DNA from: the human T2T-CHM13v2.0 reference genome, Homo sapiens
Strand: one strand, 5' to 3'
Length of the DNA stretch: 64,000 nucleotides
Assembly: GCF_009914755.1 (NCBI RefSeq)
Contig: NC_060929.1
The notes under the pieces are model-generated. The model saw nothing but the letters and a program-made list of their open reading frames with translations. It was not told the origin of the DNA and did no database searches. Position 1 is the first letter of the stretch. Each line of letters starts with the position of its first letter. Position numbers and translations under genes: made by a program. Positions 13,535-27,993 of this stretch are shown one piece after another.

Positions 13535-13700
13535 TTCTCCTACCTTTGTCACATGGTTTTGGAGGGCTTACCGTGTGCCAGTTGCTGAGATATGAAGTCA
13601 AACAACAGCAGGAATATCAAGATCCTCTTTTCATCCTCATGGAGCGTCTAATAACAAGGAGACATAGTAATCCCAGAATCACTACACCCCTGGAGCATTA
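13535..13700 (-). mobile_element. L2 3' end (separated from the L2 at 14393-14880 by the inversion)
   Basis: gcttaccgtgtgccag...cctcatggagcgtcta...ggagacatag, the antisense L2 3' terminus. Confidence 0.6.
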
Positions 13701-13713
13701 CACTTGTAGATAG

Positions 13714-14060
13714 ATCATGTTGGCCAGGCTTGTCTTGAACTCCTGACCTCAGGTGATCTGCCTGCCTCAGCCTCCCAAAGTGCTGGGATTACAGGTGTGA
13801 GCCACCACGCCTAGCCATGAGTAAAGTCTTAATGGTGCACAGACACACTCATGCTTACCTATCTTCTGTGGCTACTTTCATGTTATAACTGCATGGTTGA
13901 GTATGGCCCCAAAGCCAAAAATACTTATCATCTGACACAGCTTATCATTTACAGAAAAAGCTTGCTGACCTGACCTAAGCCAACTGTATGAGTTCCCTAA
14001 AGCTGCTGTAACAAAGTAGGTGCAATTTATAGTCTCACAGTTCTGGAGGCTGGAGGTCCA
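13714..14060. repeat. Inverted repeat, left arm (347 bp): truncated Alu 5' end + MER58A part + MLT1 end
   Basis: Reverse complement of 14895-15241 with 2 mismatches (13772/15183, 13868/15087). Confidence 0.97.
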
Positions 14061-14392
14061 AAATCAAGGTGTTGGCAGGGTTGGCTCCTTCTGAGGGCTG
14101 TGAGGGAGGGTCTGTTGCAGGCCTCTCTCCTAGCGCTGGTAACTTTAGGTGTTCGTTGTCTTGTAGAAGGCATTCTCTCTGTACCCTACATCATTTTTCA
14201 TTTATGCATGTCTGTCTCTGTGCCCAAATTTCCCCTTCTCTGACACAGTCATATTGGATTAGGGCCCATCCGAAAGACCTCATCTAAACTTGATCATCTG
14301 TAAAGACCCTATTTCCAAATGAGGTAACATTCACAGATATTGGAGGTTAGGACTTCAGTGTCTTTTTAGGGGACACAATTCAATGCATAACA
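13985..14392 (-). mobile_element. MLT1B/C-type MaLR solo LTR (complete copy)
   Basis: tgtatgagttcc...ctcacagttctggaggctggaggtccaaaatcaaggtg...ggggacacaattcaatgcataaca. Confidence 0.85.
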
Positions 14393-14880
14393 CCAGGCTA
14401 CGTTATTTCTCACCTGGACTATTGTAATAGCTTCCTAACGGGTCTCCCATTTTTGCAGCGTAGCTCACCCCACCCTCAAACCCTTATTCTACAGCCAACT
14501 GTCCACTTCCCAGAATAATTATTTCATAGTTCAGATGGGATTGTGTCACCCTCTTAATGGAAACCTTCCAGTGCACATCCAGTGGGTGAAGACCGAGCTC
14601 TGTAACATGGGCTGTGGTGCCGCACAGTCTGTTCTGACTGCCCTGACCACCTACTACTACCCCACAAGCCTTTGCCCTCTCTGCAACGGCCTTACTGACT
14701 TTCAGTTTTTCAAACTGCCCGTGCATCCTTCCTCGCAGGGCCTTGCTGTAAACTGCCCCATGCCTAGGCCATTTTTCACCTCGTCTCTACCTGTTCATGT
14801 CCTCTCTACCTTTCACACTCTATCCTGAGCATCCTTTCTCAGGGAGCCTTCCCTGCCCTGGCTCACTAGGTCACAGGCAC
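14393..14880 (+). mobile_element. L2 fragment inside the inverted spacer
   Basis: tctcacctggactattgtaatagcttcctaacgggtctccc...cagggccttgc...tctcagggagccttccctg. Confidence 0.75.
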
Positions 14881-14894
14881 TGTGATTGGCCATA

Positions 14895-15605
<711 letters not shown>

Positions 15606-16254
15606 TTAGAGTAGACTTCAGCCAGGGGCTCAGTCCATGTGGAACTCTGGATCTAAACTCACACTGGATGAATGGGTCCTTTGGGTCCAGAGCAAATGAG
15701 GGAGTTTGAAAGATGGTTTCAAATGTCCCTTTCAGGACTAGTATTCTGGTGACTGCTGATGGGGAACGAACAGTATTTTTGTGTCCATGTTTAGTGTGGC
15801 TTGTTACAAAGTAGATGCCCCAGCCTGAAGGCTCAATGGGGGCAGGAGAGGCACCGGGGCTATGCACAGTAGCTCCCTTTGTTCTGACACAGCACAAAGC
15901 GGCCCTTGCTCAGTGCCTGCTCCTGATGCTGGTGATAACAGCGCTGACAGTGAGGGGCTCTCAGCCTGAAGGTCATGCAGTTGGTGGAGAGACAGCAGCT
16001 TTGGAGTAAAATCCTGGATCTGCCACCTCTTGGCTGCTTGATCTTGGGTACGTTCCTTAATTAAGTTCTCTGATTCTTTTCTCACTCATCAGAGAGGAGA
16101 AAGCACAGTGCCAGGCACAAGGTAGACCCTCATAACATTTTAGTTTCTCCTTCTTCCATCTGGAGGCTCTGGGGTCAGCATTCCAGGTTCAAAGCCAACC
16201 CAGGTCACTAATAGTGTGAGCTTGGGCGAGTGACTTTACCTCATTTTTGCCCCA

Positions 16255-17287
16255 TGGTGGTAGCTGCAAGGCATACTTTCTAGCGGACCTCAAAGTCTGC
16301 TCTTCACCCTCTACCCTTCTCTGAGCCCTGGGGAGGCTGATTCTCATGGACTACATCACCAGCTTCCCTTGGCTGCTGACTTCCAGAGAGGGGCACCCAA
16401 TGGGAGTCATGAGCAGGAGATCAGAGGGCAAGAGGACAGAAGTCAGGTATCTATCTCCTGGATCCTCTCTGCTGGGCTGTGGTTTGGAAGTGCTTAGTTC
16501 CCAAAAGCCACAGCTTCTGTTGGGCGGCCCTTCTCCCATGGCTACTGCTCTCGACTTGTCCCAGTAACTCTCCTTCCATGCACCCCTCAGGCCTAGGGGT
16601 AGATGCAGCTTCCTACAGTTGCTACTTCCTCATGTTTAACCATCACTCATCAGCACCTATCACCCATCTATTTGTAAAAATTTCCTTCCTGAAACCCTCT
16701 TTTAAAATTATTTTTCATTGTGGTGAAGTGTACATAGCATCAAATTTAACATCTTAATGGCGTTCAAGTGTACAGCTCTGTGGCGTTAAGTACATTCGCC
16801 TTGTTGTGCAGCCATCACTATCAGCCGTCCCTAGAACCCTTCTCATCCTGAAAAACTGAGACTCTGGACCCATTCAATAGCAGCTCCTCATTTGCCCTTC
16901 CCTACCTTCCCCTCTAGCAACCATTATTCCACTTTCTGCTCCTATGAATTTTCTACTCTAGGTACCTCACATAAACGGAATCATATAGTATTTGTATTTT
17001 TGTGACTAGCTTATTTCACTCAGCATAATGTCTTCAAGGTCTATCCATGTTGTTGCCTGTGTCCGAATTCTTCCTTTCTATGACTGAATAATATCTCATT
17101 GTCTATATTACATTCGGTTTATCCATCCATCCACTGATGGACACTTGAGTTGCTTCTACCTTTTGGCTACGTAATTAATGATGGCTGTACAAATGATGAA
17201 TATGGGTGTACAAATACCATTCGATCCTCTTTAACTGTCCTTTTGAGGGTTCCATCTGGGTTCCTACCATGACCCTCACTGATATAT
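16255..17287 (+). mobile_element. LTR33-like ERVL LTR split by an L1MB insertion
   Basis: ccctgggaggctgattctcatggactacatca...ccaatgggagtcatgagcaggagatcagagggc; resumes at ~17245 with ccatctgggttcctaccatgaccctcactgatata. Confidence 0.65.
16700..17235 (-). mobile_element. L1MB 3' end
   Basis: aagtgtacagctctgtggcgttaagtacattc...ctagcttatttcactcagcataatgtcttcaagg...gatggacacttgagttgcttc. Confidence 0.85.
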
Positions 17288-17312
17288 AATGTATATCTCA
17301 TATCATCATGCC

Positions 17313-17622
17313 TTTTTTTTCTTTTTCTTTTTTTTTTTTTTTTGAGATGGAGTCTTGCTCTGTCTCCAGGTTGGAGTGCAGTGGCTCGATCACGGCTCAC
17401 TGCAACATCTGACTCCCTGGTTCAACCGATTCTCCTGCCTCAGCTTCCCAAGTAGCTGGGATTACTGACATGTGCCATCATGCCCAGCTAATTTTTGTAT
17501 TTTTAGTAGAGGCGGGGTTTCACCATGTTGGCCAGGATGGTCTCAATCTGTTGGCCTCGTCATCTGCCCGTCTCAGGCTCCCAAAGTGCTGGGATTACAA
17601 GCATAAGCCACTGTGCATGGCT
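17313..17622 (-). mobile_element. AluSc-like
   Basis: Antisense Alu with T-tail; TSD catcatgcc on both sides. Confidence 0.92.
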
Positions 17623-19309
17623 CATCATGCCATTTTTAATAACTGAATCAATCAAGTGAATGTGTGAGTGCATGGCACACAGAAAGCACTCAATAAGCGT
17701 CAGCTACTGTTACGATTAGGGAGGTTTTCTGAGTGTGGCAGAGACTCTTCATCCCTAGCAGCAGCTCAACTACCCTCCCCCACCTAGCTGGGCTGGGACC
17801 ATGTGACTGCAGTCTAGAGAGTGGAGTGTGACCAGAGTAGGACAAAAACCTCCCTACCTAATCCTTTATGCCTTCTCTTTTTCTGTGGGCTAGATGCCTA
17901 CCTGGCAAGAAGGTCCCGGATGCCACGTGTTAAAGATAGCAGAGCCTCCATCTGCCTGGGCCTCCTGATATGTGAACAGAGGAAAGTGCTCGTATTATCA
18001 CCTCTGTTTTACAGATGATGAAGCTAGAAGATGTGGTAACTTGCCCAGCGAGTAGCAGAGCCTGGATTAGAACATAAGCAAGCAGCCTGGCTCAAAGGTC
18101 TGTACGCCTCAACACTATTCTACACTGTCTCTCGCAGACTTAGGAACAAGCCTTAGCAATTAGATTTCCCTTTTCTTGAACAACCCCCAGACTCAGTCTA
18201 AACTCAAGATTGCTGCAGTGGGAGTCCATGAAGCTGAGCAGTACACCATAGGGCCAGGGTGTCCTGGTGTGACATTGCAATTTCAGTACATTTCAATTCC
18301 CAGTGGTGCAGGCTGGGAGGGCCATGAGGAGGGAGGGAAACAGACCTGTGCCTGCAGCTGCTTTCTTGGCCACCTCTGTCCTCCTCCTTGGTGTTCTTTC
18401 CTCTTAGGGCTGGAGGCCTGCTCTCACCACCTGGGAAGGAGTCTGGAGAAAGACGGGTCCTCCCTGGCTCCGTGGCGGCAGAGCCGGGATTACCCACTGA
18501 CATTAAAGCTGGCAGCCGTGGGCTGTTGGCACCCTTTAAAAGAACACGATGGCAATTTTCCAGCTAAATTCTCCCAATTAGGCAGTTAGAGAAACATTAT
18601 CCACCTCAGCATAAAGCTGATGAAATGGAGGGGGAGGGCGGAAGGAGGTGTGCTAATCTGCCTGCATTGGATCCTATGGTTTAGAGAATGTACATATTTC
18701 CAGGGGTGCTCTGTGTCCCTGGAGAAGTTTGCAGGGGTCTCATGAGCTGCCTGGGGGCAAACAGGTGATCCCATCCAACTCAGCCACTTGAAGGGTCTCA
18801 TCCTTCTAAGCAAGGAATACAAATCGTTCTCCAAAATCCCAAAACTTTCTCATCTCTGGTCTAGACTAAGTGGGTAAAGGGAGGCATATGAGCAGAATTT
18901 ATAAAGTCAGAGCCAGAAGGAAGCTTGGAAGCTTTTCTTCCCCATCCCACCTAGACTCAACACAGGGATTGGGAAACAGGTCCATCAAGGAAAGCTCAAG
19001 CTGTGACACAGGCCATAATTCCTGACCATTTACTCACAGCAATTAGCAGAGTTCCATGGTTTTCTCATTTACCAAGCCTTTCTTTCCTAAATGTAGGCAT
19101 TTTCCAGCCATTGTCATATTTAATTCTTATGATAACCCTGGGCAGTAGGTATTCCTGTTGTCCCAATATGCACACGAGGAAACTGAGACACAGGCACATG
19201 TATGGAAGCCAGGCCAGGGAGGGATTCCACAGGCAGACCAAGGCAATGTCCAGCCCCTCAGAAAGGCCCAGGATCCTGTTACCAGAATTCCTGGTCGTCA
19301 ACACACATT

Positions 19310-19530
19310 GATTTAATGATGATGATAATGATAATCATACACTGAGCACTATGCCAAGTGTAGAAACCAGAATATCTAATTTAATCCTTACAAGTATTTG
19401 TATAAAATGAGAGTCATCACTCCTCACATTGCAAATGAGGAAACTCTGGACTAGAGAGATGAAGGAGCTCGCCTGTGGTTGGATCCTGTGGTGGGATCCG
19501 ATCCTCACACTTGAGCCGGTGCTCCTGACA
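19310..19530 (-). mobile_element. MIR SINE
   Basis: actgagcactatgccaag...tttaatccttacaa...ttgcaaatgaggaaactc. Confidence 0.7.
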
Positions 19531-21698
19531 GCCATGGAAGGCCACCCCCACTTTGGACAAGGGCCACCCAGCATATCAGGCACAGTGCGCCCTGCAAAGA
19601 GGTGGACAACAGTCCTTGCCCTTAGGGTAGATACTCTATAAAGCACCTAAACCAATTAGATAATAACATAAACCAGTGACAAGTTCCCAGCTAGCCAATG
19701 CTGATGGAGCTCAGAGAAAGAGAAAGAGAGAGACTCCCTGGGGCTGAGGCTGTCAGGGCTTCTCTGTGAGAGATGAGGATATGGAGAGATAATTATTGCA
19801 GGGCAATAATTATTGTTTGGATTATTTTTATTATTTTTGCATTTATTATTGTATTTATTATTGCAATAATTATTGCAGGGCAAAAAAATCATTACTGCAG
19901 GGCAGTCCAGGCAAAGAACTCTGAGCAGAGAGGTGAGCAGACAGGTGTCTGAAGGCCCAAGAGCTCAATGGTCTGGTTCCCACGGAAGAAGAGTGGGACA
20001 GAAGATCATAAACATGAGCGGAGATCATACTGTGTAGGGATGCAGATGTCAGGATACAATGTTAGGACTTCATCATTGGCAATAGGGAGCCTTTAAACAT
20101 TGGGAGGCAAAGTACCAAGATATCTCTCCAGGATGAACGACCTAGTTATGGTGTTCAGGATGAATTTGAGGACAGAAAACCCAGAAACCCAAAGACATTG
20201 TTAATGACAGGAAGAGGACATTATGAAAGCTATGCTGACAGAACATGGCGGCTGACTGGAAAGATCTAGGCAACCAGGCCTATTATCATCACTGATAAGA
20301 TGATAGTCCATGCACATGATCCTTCCATTAATTATGTTTCCTTCTACCACAAGTGTTTCTTCCCCTCAACAAAAGGTTGAGGTCTGAGGGAGAAACAGGC
20401 TAATCAGGGCTGCATCAGGAGAAGAGGCCCTAACTACTTGGCACCAGTGCTGGGGAAAAGTCCTCAAGCATGAAGGAGCCCCATGTCCTCTGATTCCCCC
20501 ACAATCATGTCCTACTTGTTTATAGGGAATCTAATAAAAAGCAAGGAAGCAAGGAGTAGCTGATTTGTTGAGGTTTCCCTAGGCCAGCCTCAAAGTCCAC
20601 AGAGCCTTTCAGATTTACATAACCCTTCAGGGAGGGTTTACTGTCATCCTCATCCCTCATTCACTCCCACAATATCCAGCAGGGGGCAGGGAGCAGGGGG
20701 CTTGAAAGGGTTGGCTCCACCAGGGACACACAGCAAGTCAGAGGCTGCCCCAAGTCTATCCTGTGAAGCGACTGGAGGTGGCAGTCCTTCTTCATTAATC
20801 ACAAGTAGCGTGGAATGAGAAGGTACCAAGAAAGGTGTGTGTGCCTGCACTGTCCTAGGGCACCCATAAAAATAGAGAAAACACCACTTTACAAACTGCC
20901 AGGATACATAACTCCACAATGGACTTACAATCTATAAAAAGCACGGCTCCATGCCCGGATTGAGGAGCTGGAAGAGCCAAACTGGAAGTGAGTGAGCAAA
21001 GATCATGTGAAATGACTTCCTCAGTCCAGATCCACATCACTGGGCCCTTCGTGACAATTACTGTGCATGTTCTCCCCCGTCCCCTCCCTGCCCCCCTCAC
21101 CTCTTCCCAGCCTGATTTTGCCTGTAATTTTGAAAAGCTATGGCTGTTTCATTGGGACTTGGCTCAAGTCTGCCAGGAAATGCAAATTCAGGACAGAAAT
21201 AGTGGAATTTGGACACGATGGCAGAGCCAAGCTGCTGCCAATCCCAGCTCTACCTCAAAGTTTGATGTGGGGAAGAGGAATGGAGGATTTCTAGGGACTA
21301 AGAGAAGGTGTTAGCCAGAATTCTGTTTGTTTAAAAAGTCTCACCCAAGCTGTACCAGGGTTCCCGTTCTTTGGAGATATCTAACAAACTCTATTCCCTG
21401 CGACCCAAAGGGGTCTCTATTCTCAAAAGGAGAACTCTGTTTCTCCTATACAAGGTGAGTGCCAAATATTGCCAATGAAGTCAGAAGTAGATTGAAGAAA
21501 TTTGAAAACTCTAGGTTCTCTCCTTGGCCCTTTACATGACACCCAAGAACAGGCCACAGCGCTTCCTAAGCACGAACTAGCATAACTAAGAAAAAACGCT
21601 CTCATACAGGCCCAGCATCACACACTAGGACAATGTTATGGTTGTCACATTCTATGATGTGTGCCTTTTGCCTTCCCACTTGAATATTTTTGAAATGT

Positions 21699-21855
21699 GG
21701 CTGGGGGTGGTGGTTCACACCTATTAATCCCAGTGCTTTGGGAGGCCAAGGCGGGAGGATCACTTGAGCCCAGGAGTTCAAGGCTGCACTGAGCTATGAT
21801 CACATTAATTCACTCTAGCCTAGGCGACAGAGTAAGACCTTGTCTCTAAAGAAAT
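21699..21855 (+). mobile_element. Alu monomer (FRAM/FAM-like or arm-recombined AluJ)
   Basis: Single ~155-bp arm ...gagcccaggagttcaaggctgcactgagctatgatc...; TSD ttttgaaatgt. Confidence 0.85.
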
Positions 21856-24039
21856 TTGTTTAAATGATTTTTTGAAATGTGCACATTTGCAATGCCTACA
21901 TATAAAAGAATCTGTATTTCCTCAATAATTTGTATTAGGATTTTTATTAGATATGTTGTATGTTGCATTCTGTGGAGTCATATATGGAGGACATGTGTGT
22001 GCTGGGGGTGGAGCTAAGACCATGCATTGGTTGGTCATCTTCTTGAACTGGTCTCCCTAGTGACACTGGCTGAAGGTGCCTCTGGCCCAAATGCTCCTTT
22101 TAGTCTTTGAGGGTTCTTGGACTTTTGAAAGGCCAGGTGAGACCAAGAAAGCGAAAGAAAATTTTGAGTTACTGGTTTTGTTCTGCTGCTCTTGAGGTCC
22201 TAGGCAGGACCGAGTCAAGACCCATTGTTAACCCAGGAGAAAGCGGGCAAGGCAGTCTGTTCTGGTTCTGTAAAGAAGAAATGACCCAGGAATTTGTAGG
22301 ATACATAGGTCTGGAGGATTTAGGACCTTGGCCATCACTAGATGAAACCAGCAGTTGTTACAAGGAGTGGTACTGCCATTTGGCATTTTCAGGAACCTGT
22401 TCATGTAAAAACCTGCCACTCTGATAGTGACTTGCTTTAAGAGTAGGGAACACTCTAGCCACCTTTTCACCTGGAGTGGCACTGATGGTATTCTTTCCCT
22501 GAGGATATACCCCTTGCTGGTAAAGCCCCAGAAAACAGGCTGCAGTCACATAATTTTTAATTTTTTTTTTACAGTTTTAGTGGTATTCTCATTTTATAAA
22601 CTACCATTTATGACCACTTATTGTGTGCCAGACACTATGTGAAAGTGTTCTACATAGATTATATTTATCCCTAAGTGTTAAATTTTTCCCAAAGTCCCAC
22701 GACCGCTTAGTCCAGAAGCTCATGTTTGAATCCATGCCTGTCTGGATCCAAAATCTGTCTACTAAACCATGATACTTGGACTGCTTCTGCAGCTTTTAAA
22801 AGCATCAGAGTTGATACATATGGAAGTCAAAGACTCTGACCCAGAGCAAAAGTCTTGGAGTTCCACCAAAACAGACTTCTTCAGCCTTGTTACGCAGATG
22901 ACACCTGGAACCTATTCAAAATTAAATCACCCAAAGGAACAATTCCCAGCCTGGACACTTGTGGGTCTCCTAGGAAGGAGCACCCCCTAGAATGAGTTTC
23001 TGATCTTCATGATGGTTTGATAGAGGGACTTCCATATGCATAAAAGCTGGTTACACTGTTAATGACTAGAAACTGTTATCATGCTGATTAATGCTGCCAT
23101 TGTTCACAGCAATAATTAACCCAGCAGGAAGGACTAACAGGAATGAAATAGTGGCTAATTCATCTCCAAGGAATTGCCAAGTGATGTTTATTTCGTGAAA
23201 ACTGGAGGGAACCAAACACACAATCATTTTTCTTTGACACTGACGTTTTCTGTCTACCAGGCTGGCAGCAGCAGCAGCAGAGCCCTTCCATATCCAATTT
23301 CAGGTGAACAGTCAGAAAAGACTCATGCAGGAGGAAAGAGACAGAAGAACGTGTCTTTGGCTAAACACCCAACTGTGGCACGCTGCCTCTGTGGGTCTCC
23401 TGTCTTCCCTCCAATCTTAACATCTTTCTAAAGAGCCAGCGCTCACCTGAGTTGCTAATTAAGTTATTTCCTTGTTCTTCTGACTGGAAATGTTTTTCTT
23501 GCAGCATTGCCAAATGGAAATGGCTCTTAATTATGTCAACTCATGAAACCACACCAAAGACAATCCTATCAGAACCCTCATTTGTCACATGACTTAAAGA
23601 ATAAAAAAAGATAAGCCAGTAGATGGGAGGCCAGTAATAACCCTTTTCATCATAAAGCTCTTCATAGCTACGTTCATCAGCTTTCAAATCCAGCCTTGGA
23701 TGTGGCTCTTTAAAACTACTCCATGTGCAAAATGGAACAGAACCAAGAAGGATATCTTCTTAAGTAGGAATATAAAAAGAGTGCTACCTTTTGTCCCATT
23801 TAAAATTAGACTTAATTTGATCTTTCAGAAAGCACAGTTGATCTTGATATTTGGTCAGAGTGCTCAGTTGCAGGGTGATGGTGCAAGTCTCAAAGGCAAC
23901 AGGGACCAAATTTTCTAGGCCTTCTCTATCTTCCTCATAATAGTTGCTCCAGGAACACGTGCTTTGTAGAAATCCTGTAGGAGGGATGTGATTTCTGTCT
24001 AGTGCCATCCAACAGAGTTCCACACTGGGCCTGGGAGGA

Positions 24040-24345
24040 GAAAGAGGGGATGTGATGACACAGCAGAGAGAGAGGCTTGAAGATGCTTCACTGCTGCTTT
24101 GAAGACAGAGGAAGGAGCCTTGAGCCAAGGAATGTAGGTGGACTCTAGAATCAGGAAAAAGGCAAAGAAATGAATTCTCTCCTAGGATTTTAAGAGTGAA
24201 TGTGACCCTGCCAACATCTTGATTTCAGCCCAGTGAAATCCATTTTGGACTTCAGACCTATGTAACTGTAAGAGACTCAGTTTGTGTCGCTTTATGCCAC
24301 TAAATCTGTGGTAATTTGTTAAGACAGCAGTAGGAAACGAATACA
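24040..24345 (+). mobile_element. MLT1D-like MaLR LTR (3' part)
   Basis: gagccaaggaatgtaggtgg...gccaacatcttgatttcagcccagtgaaa...gcagtaggaaacgaataca. Confidence 0.8.
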
Positions 24346-26708
24346 CCAAGTGATCTAAGGACTTGCACCTTGCACACGTGCCTGTTCTGTGCCCACCTTG
24401 AGAGCTGCATCCTACCTGTGCTCAGCCCCCAGTAGGTCTTCTATTTTCCCTATTATAGTCTTGGTTTACTTGATGGGCCTCTGCAATCACTGGCCCACCA
24501 CCCATATCCCAGCTAACTTCCTTCTTCCTGCTTTAGAGGTGATGGGTCTAATCCTAGTGTTTTGTTCACAGGATTGATGCCAGACCCTTTCTTATAAGCC
24601 CAGCCCCCATTCCTTGGTAATTTATCATGAAATCTCTTTCCTCTCTCCTAACTACTCACTACATGGAACATACTATATTTTTCCCATTTAGCAATACAGA
24701 GGCTAAAGTTAGAGAGGTATTAAATGGCCAAATTTACACACCTAGTACATGGTAGGGCCAGGATTATAACCTAGATCTGCATAATTCCAAAGTCTATGTT
24801 CTCAAGGACTCTTCGATATGGTCATTCTCATGAACCACCCCTCCAGGAGACATCAGGAGCTGTGGCCCAGAGCCTCACCTCTTAACCCCAAAGACATAGG
24901 ATGAAATTTAGGAACTCCAATACCTTAAACCTTTCTGATGAGAGTCAAAACTGACTTAATCTCTACTTGATTTCATTCAAGAGAGGGCTAGATTAAAGTC
25001 ACATTCTCATGTGGCATAGTTTGTGTGGCTTTAGACCCATCGGCCACTGGGGTTCCAAAAAGAACCCGCCCCTGCAACCAGCCATCACCTGACTCTTCCA
25101 AAAGGTTCCCCTGAACCCAATATCCTGCCTGTCCTAAGTATTTACTGACACTGAGGCTGCTGCGTCCTGTCAAAACTCAGAAGGGTTTCACTTCCATAGT
25201 TAACCAGTGTTCAAGGGATCATTCATTCCGATATTCCTGGTTGCTCTGTATTTAGTTTTGGAAGCCATTCTATGAGGTGAAAACAATCTCATCATTAACA
25301 TTTAAAAAATGCCATTATCATAAAAAATGGAGGCATTTATGACAGAGAGAGGACAATCAACACTTCTTCCTGGTTTGAAGGCTTTTCCTCTTGCAAAAAA
25401 GTTTTCTGTAAGGCATCCTGAGCTAGTGGTTCTTGTGCATAAAACCATGCATAGGGTTTAAGAGCAGGAAGGGCCCTGGCCATGACCCAGAGATGACAGT
25501 ATCCAGGATAATGACGCACATGTGGTTATGCAGGAGCTGCTGTGAATTCCAGTTTAGTGCTCCTTTCTCAACTCCAAGTCACCGCCCAACACTCCAATTT
25601 GACTGATTTCTCAGAGAATTCCAGTTGTTCATAAGCTGCCCTGGGACACTCACTCGGTTTACCAAATGGTAGCTCCTTTTACCATCCCCCAAATGTAGGG
25701 GCAACTTCCGGTTGCTTTCCATTGAACTGAGGGTGAGGAGTTGGCCAGCTTGGCCCCAGACTGCCCTGCAGATAATGCTGCTTCTAAATTCCATTTCACT
25801 AGGGCCTATGTTTAGGTGTCTCCAGAAAGAGGATGTTCTGAAATAGAACTCAAAGTGAAGGCTGTCACAGGATCATGGGAAACACACTCAGTTATTACAT
25901 ACTTAGACTATACAAGCCAAGGTCTCAGACCACACTCTCGAGAGGAGAACCAAGAATAACTATTTGGTTGCTCATAAAATGGTCATTATTCTAACCCTGA
26001 AATTAAAACAAGGCCATCCAAGTCTCTGGGGTCAGGGATGCTATTTCTGGAAGGTGCCTGCCTTTCACATGTGCATCAAGGCCCTGAGCTCTGGTACCTG
26101 GAGTATTTTTTGGCTCATCACAGCTTTTCTCTGACTTGAGGCAAGAACCCTGGGAGCCATTTGGTTCCATCACTTTTTGTTTACCAGGTGTTTCTGGCTT
26201 ACAGGCAGTTCTCTCTGTAAAGCTATATCAGTTTCCCCCCACACAACAAAGGGATACAGATTGAAAAGAGGATGACACCATCTTTCACCCCAGAGCATAG
26301 CCACATGGTCACAGTGTCCCTTTATTTTAGGTTACCGGTAACACCATCACCACCTCCTAGAACAATGAAGCTCCCTGCATTCTATTGGCACCACAGGGTT
26401 ATTTGGGTCTCCCATTGGTCAATGTCTATGACCGACCTTTCAACATCAAATATTCTTGCTTCTCTCCCAGCCCATCCCCATCCCTAGGAAATATGGATTT
26501 AGGCACATAATAGGATAGTAGAAAGGTCCAAAGAAGCTCATTCTTCTACAAAATCCTTGAACTTTACCTACCCCTACAGAAAGCTAGTTCTAAAATCTAG
26601 GCCTGAGTAAAAAGAATCCTGATACATGTAGACTGAGAAATAATTACTCTTTATAACACAATATGGTGATTATGAAATGACCAAAATGATTAATGGGAAA
26701 AATACATA

Positions 26709-27993
26709 TGAGGGATCTTCAAAAACTTAATGGAAAACGTTTACTATGAAAAAACCATGCATGGATTAAAAAAAAAACTGCACCAAAATCAACTTATACT
26801 AGCTTGTTATGACATGTCTGAACAGGATCTAGTTTGAGGTACTAAGAAAGGTAAGACTTCAGTTTGTAAAGAATCTCTATCAGAGCAACATGAACTCTGC
26901 TAAAATTGAAACAGGAACAAACATCAAATTTATAACAAAGCTTGAGTAGAAGAATGGTGAAATCATTGATGCTTTATGAAAAGTTGATGGGGACAAAGCC
27001 CACCTCCCAGTCAGTAGTTTACACATGGGTAACTCATTTCAAGAAGGAATGAGATGATGTTGAATATGAAGCCCACAATAAACCAGCTAGATCAATTTTC
27101 CAAAAAAAAAAATTCAACTTGTTTGTGCTCTAATTGAAAAGGACTGATAATTAAAAGCGCAAACCATAGCCAATGCCACAGACATCTCAACTGGTTCAGC
27201 TCACACAATTCTGACTGCAAAAATAAAGTTGAACGAGGCCTTTACTTGATAGGTGCCAAAACTGTTGTACCCAAACAGGCTGCAGACAAGAGCAGAGATT
27301 TCAGTGGAAATCTTAAACAAATGAGATCTAGATCCTGAAGGATTTCTTCTAAGAATTGAAATGAGGAGGCACATGGTTTTACCAGTATGATCCTGAAGAC
27401 AAGGCACAATCAAAGCAATGGCTACCAAGAGGTGGAAGGGGTCCAGTCAGAGCAAAGGCAGACTGGTCAACAGCAAAAGTCATGGTGACAGTGTTTTGGG
27501 ATGTTCCAGGCAATTTGCTTGCTGATGTTCTAGGGGGCCAAAAAACCATAAAGTGTGCTTAATATGGCAGTGTTATGAGAAAGTTAGCCAAAGTTTTAGC
27601 TGAAATACACCCAGGAAAGCTTCGCCAGAGAGCCCTTCTCCACCACAACCATGCTCCTGCTCATTCCTCTCATCAAGCAAGGGCAATTTTTCAAGGGTTT
27701 CAGACGGAAATCATTAGGCATCCACTTAACAGTCCTGATTTGGCTCCTTCTGACTTCTTTTTACTTCCTAGTCTTAAAATCTGTAAAGGGCCCCCTTTTT
27801 TCTTCAGTTAATGTAAAAAAGATGGCATTGATATGGTTAAATTCCCAGGACCCTCAGTTCTTTAGGAATAGACTGAATGGCAGGTATCATTGCTTACAAA
27901 AGTATCTTGACCTTGATGGAGTTGTACTGGGAAATAAACTTTATTTTGTATCTTTTAACTCCATCTTCCTATGAACTTTTTGAAGTCCCCTTA
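26709..27993 (+). mobile_element. HSMAR2 mariner DNA transposon, near full length (~1.29 kb)
   Basis: TIRs tgagggatcttcaaaaacttaatggaaaa / cttcctatgaactttttgaagtcccct; TA on the left; mariner motifs in ORF 27575-27811. Confidence 0.92.
26890..27935 (+). pseudogene. Disabled HSMAR2 transposase
   Basis: ATG AAC TCT GCT AAA ATT GAA start, early TAG, frameshifts; LLHHNHAPAH (HHDNAPAH) and HPLNSPDLAPSDFFL (HPPYSPDLAPSDF) remnants. Confidence 0.85.
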
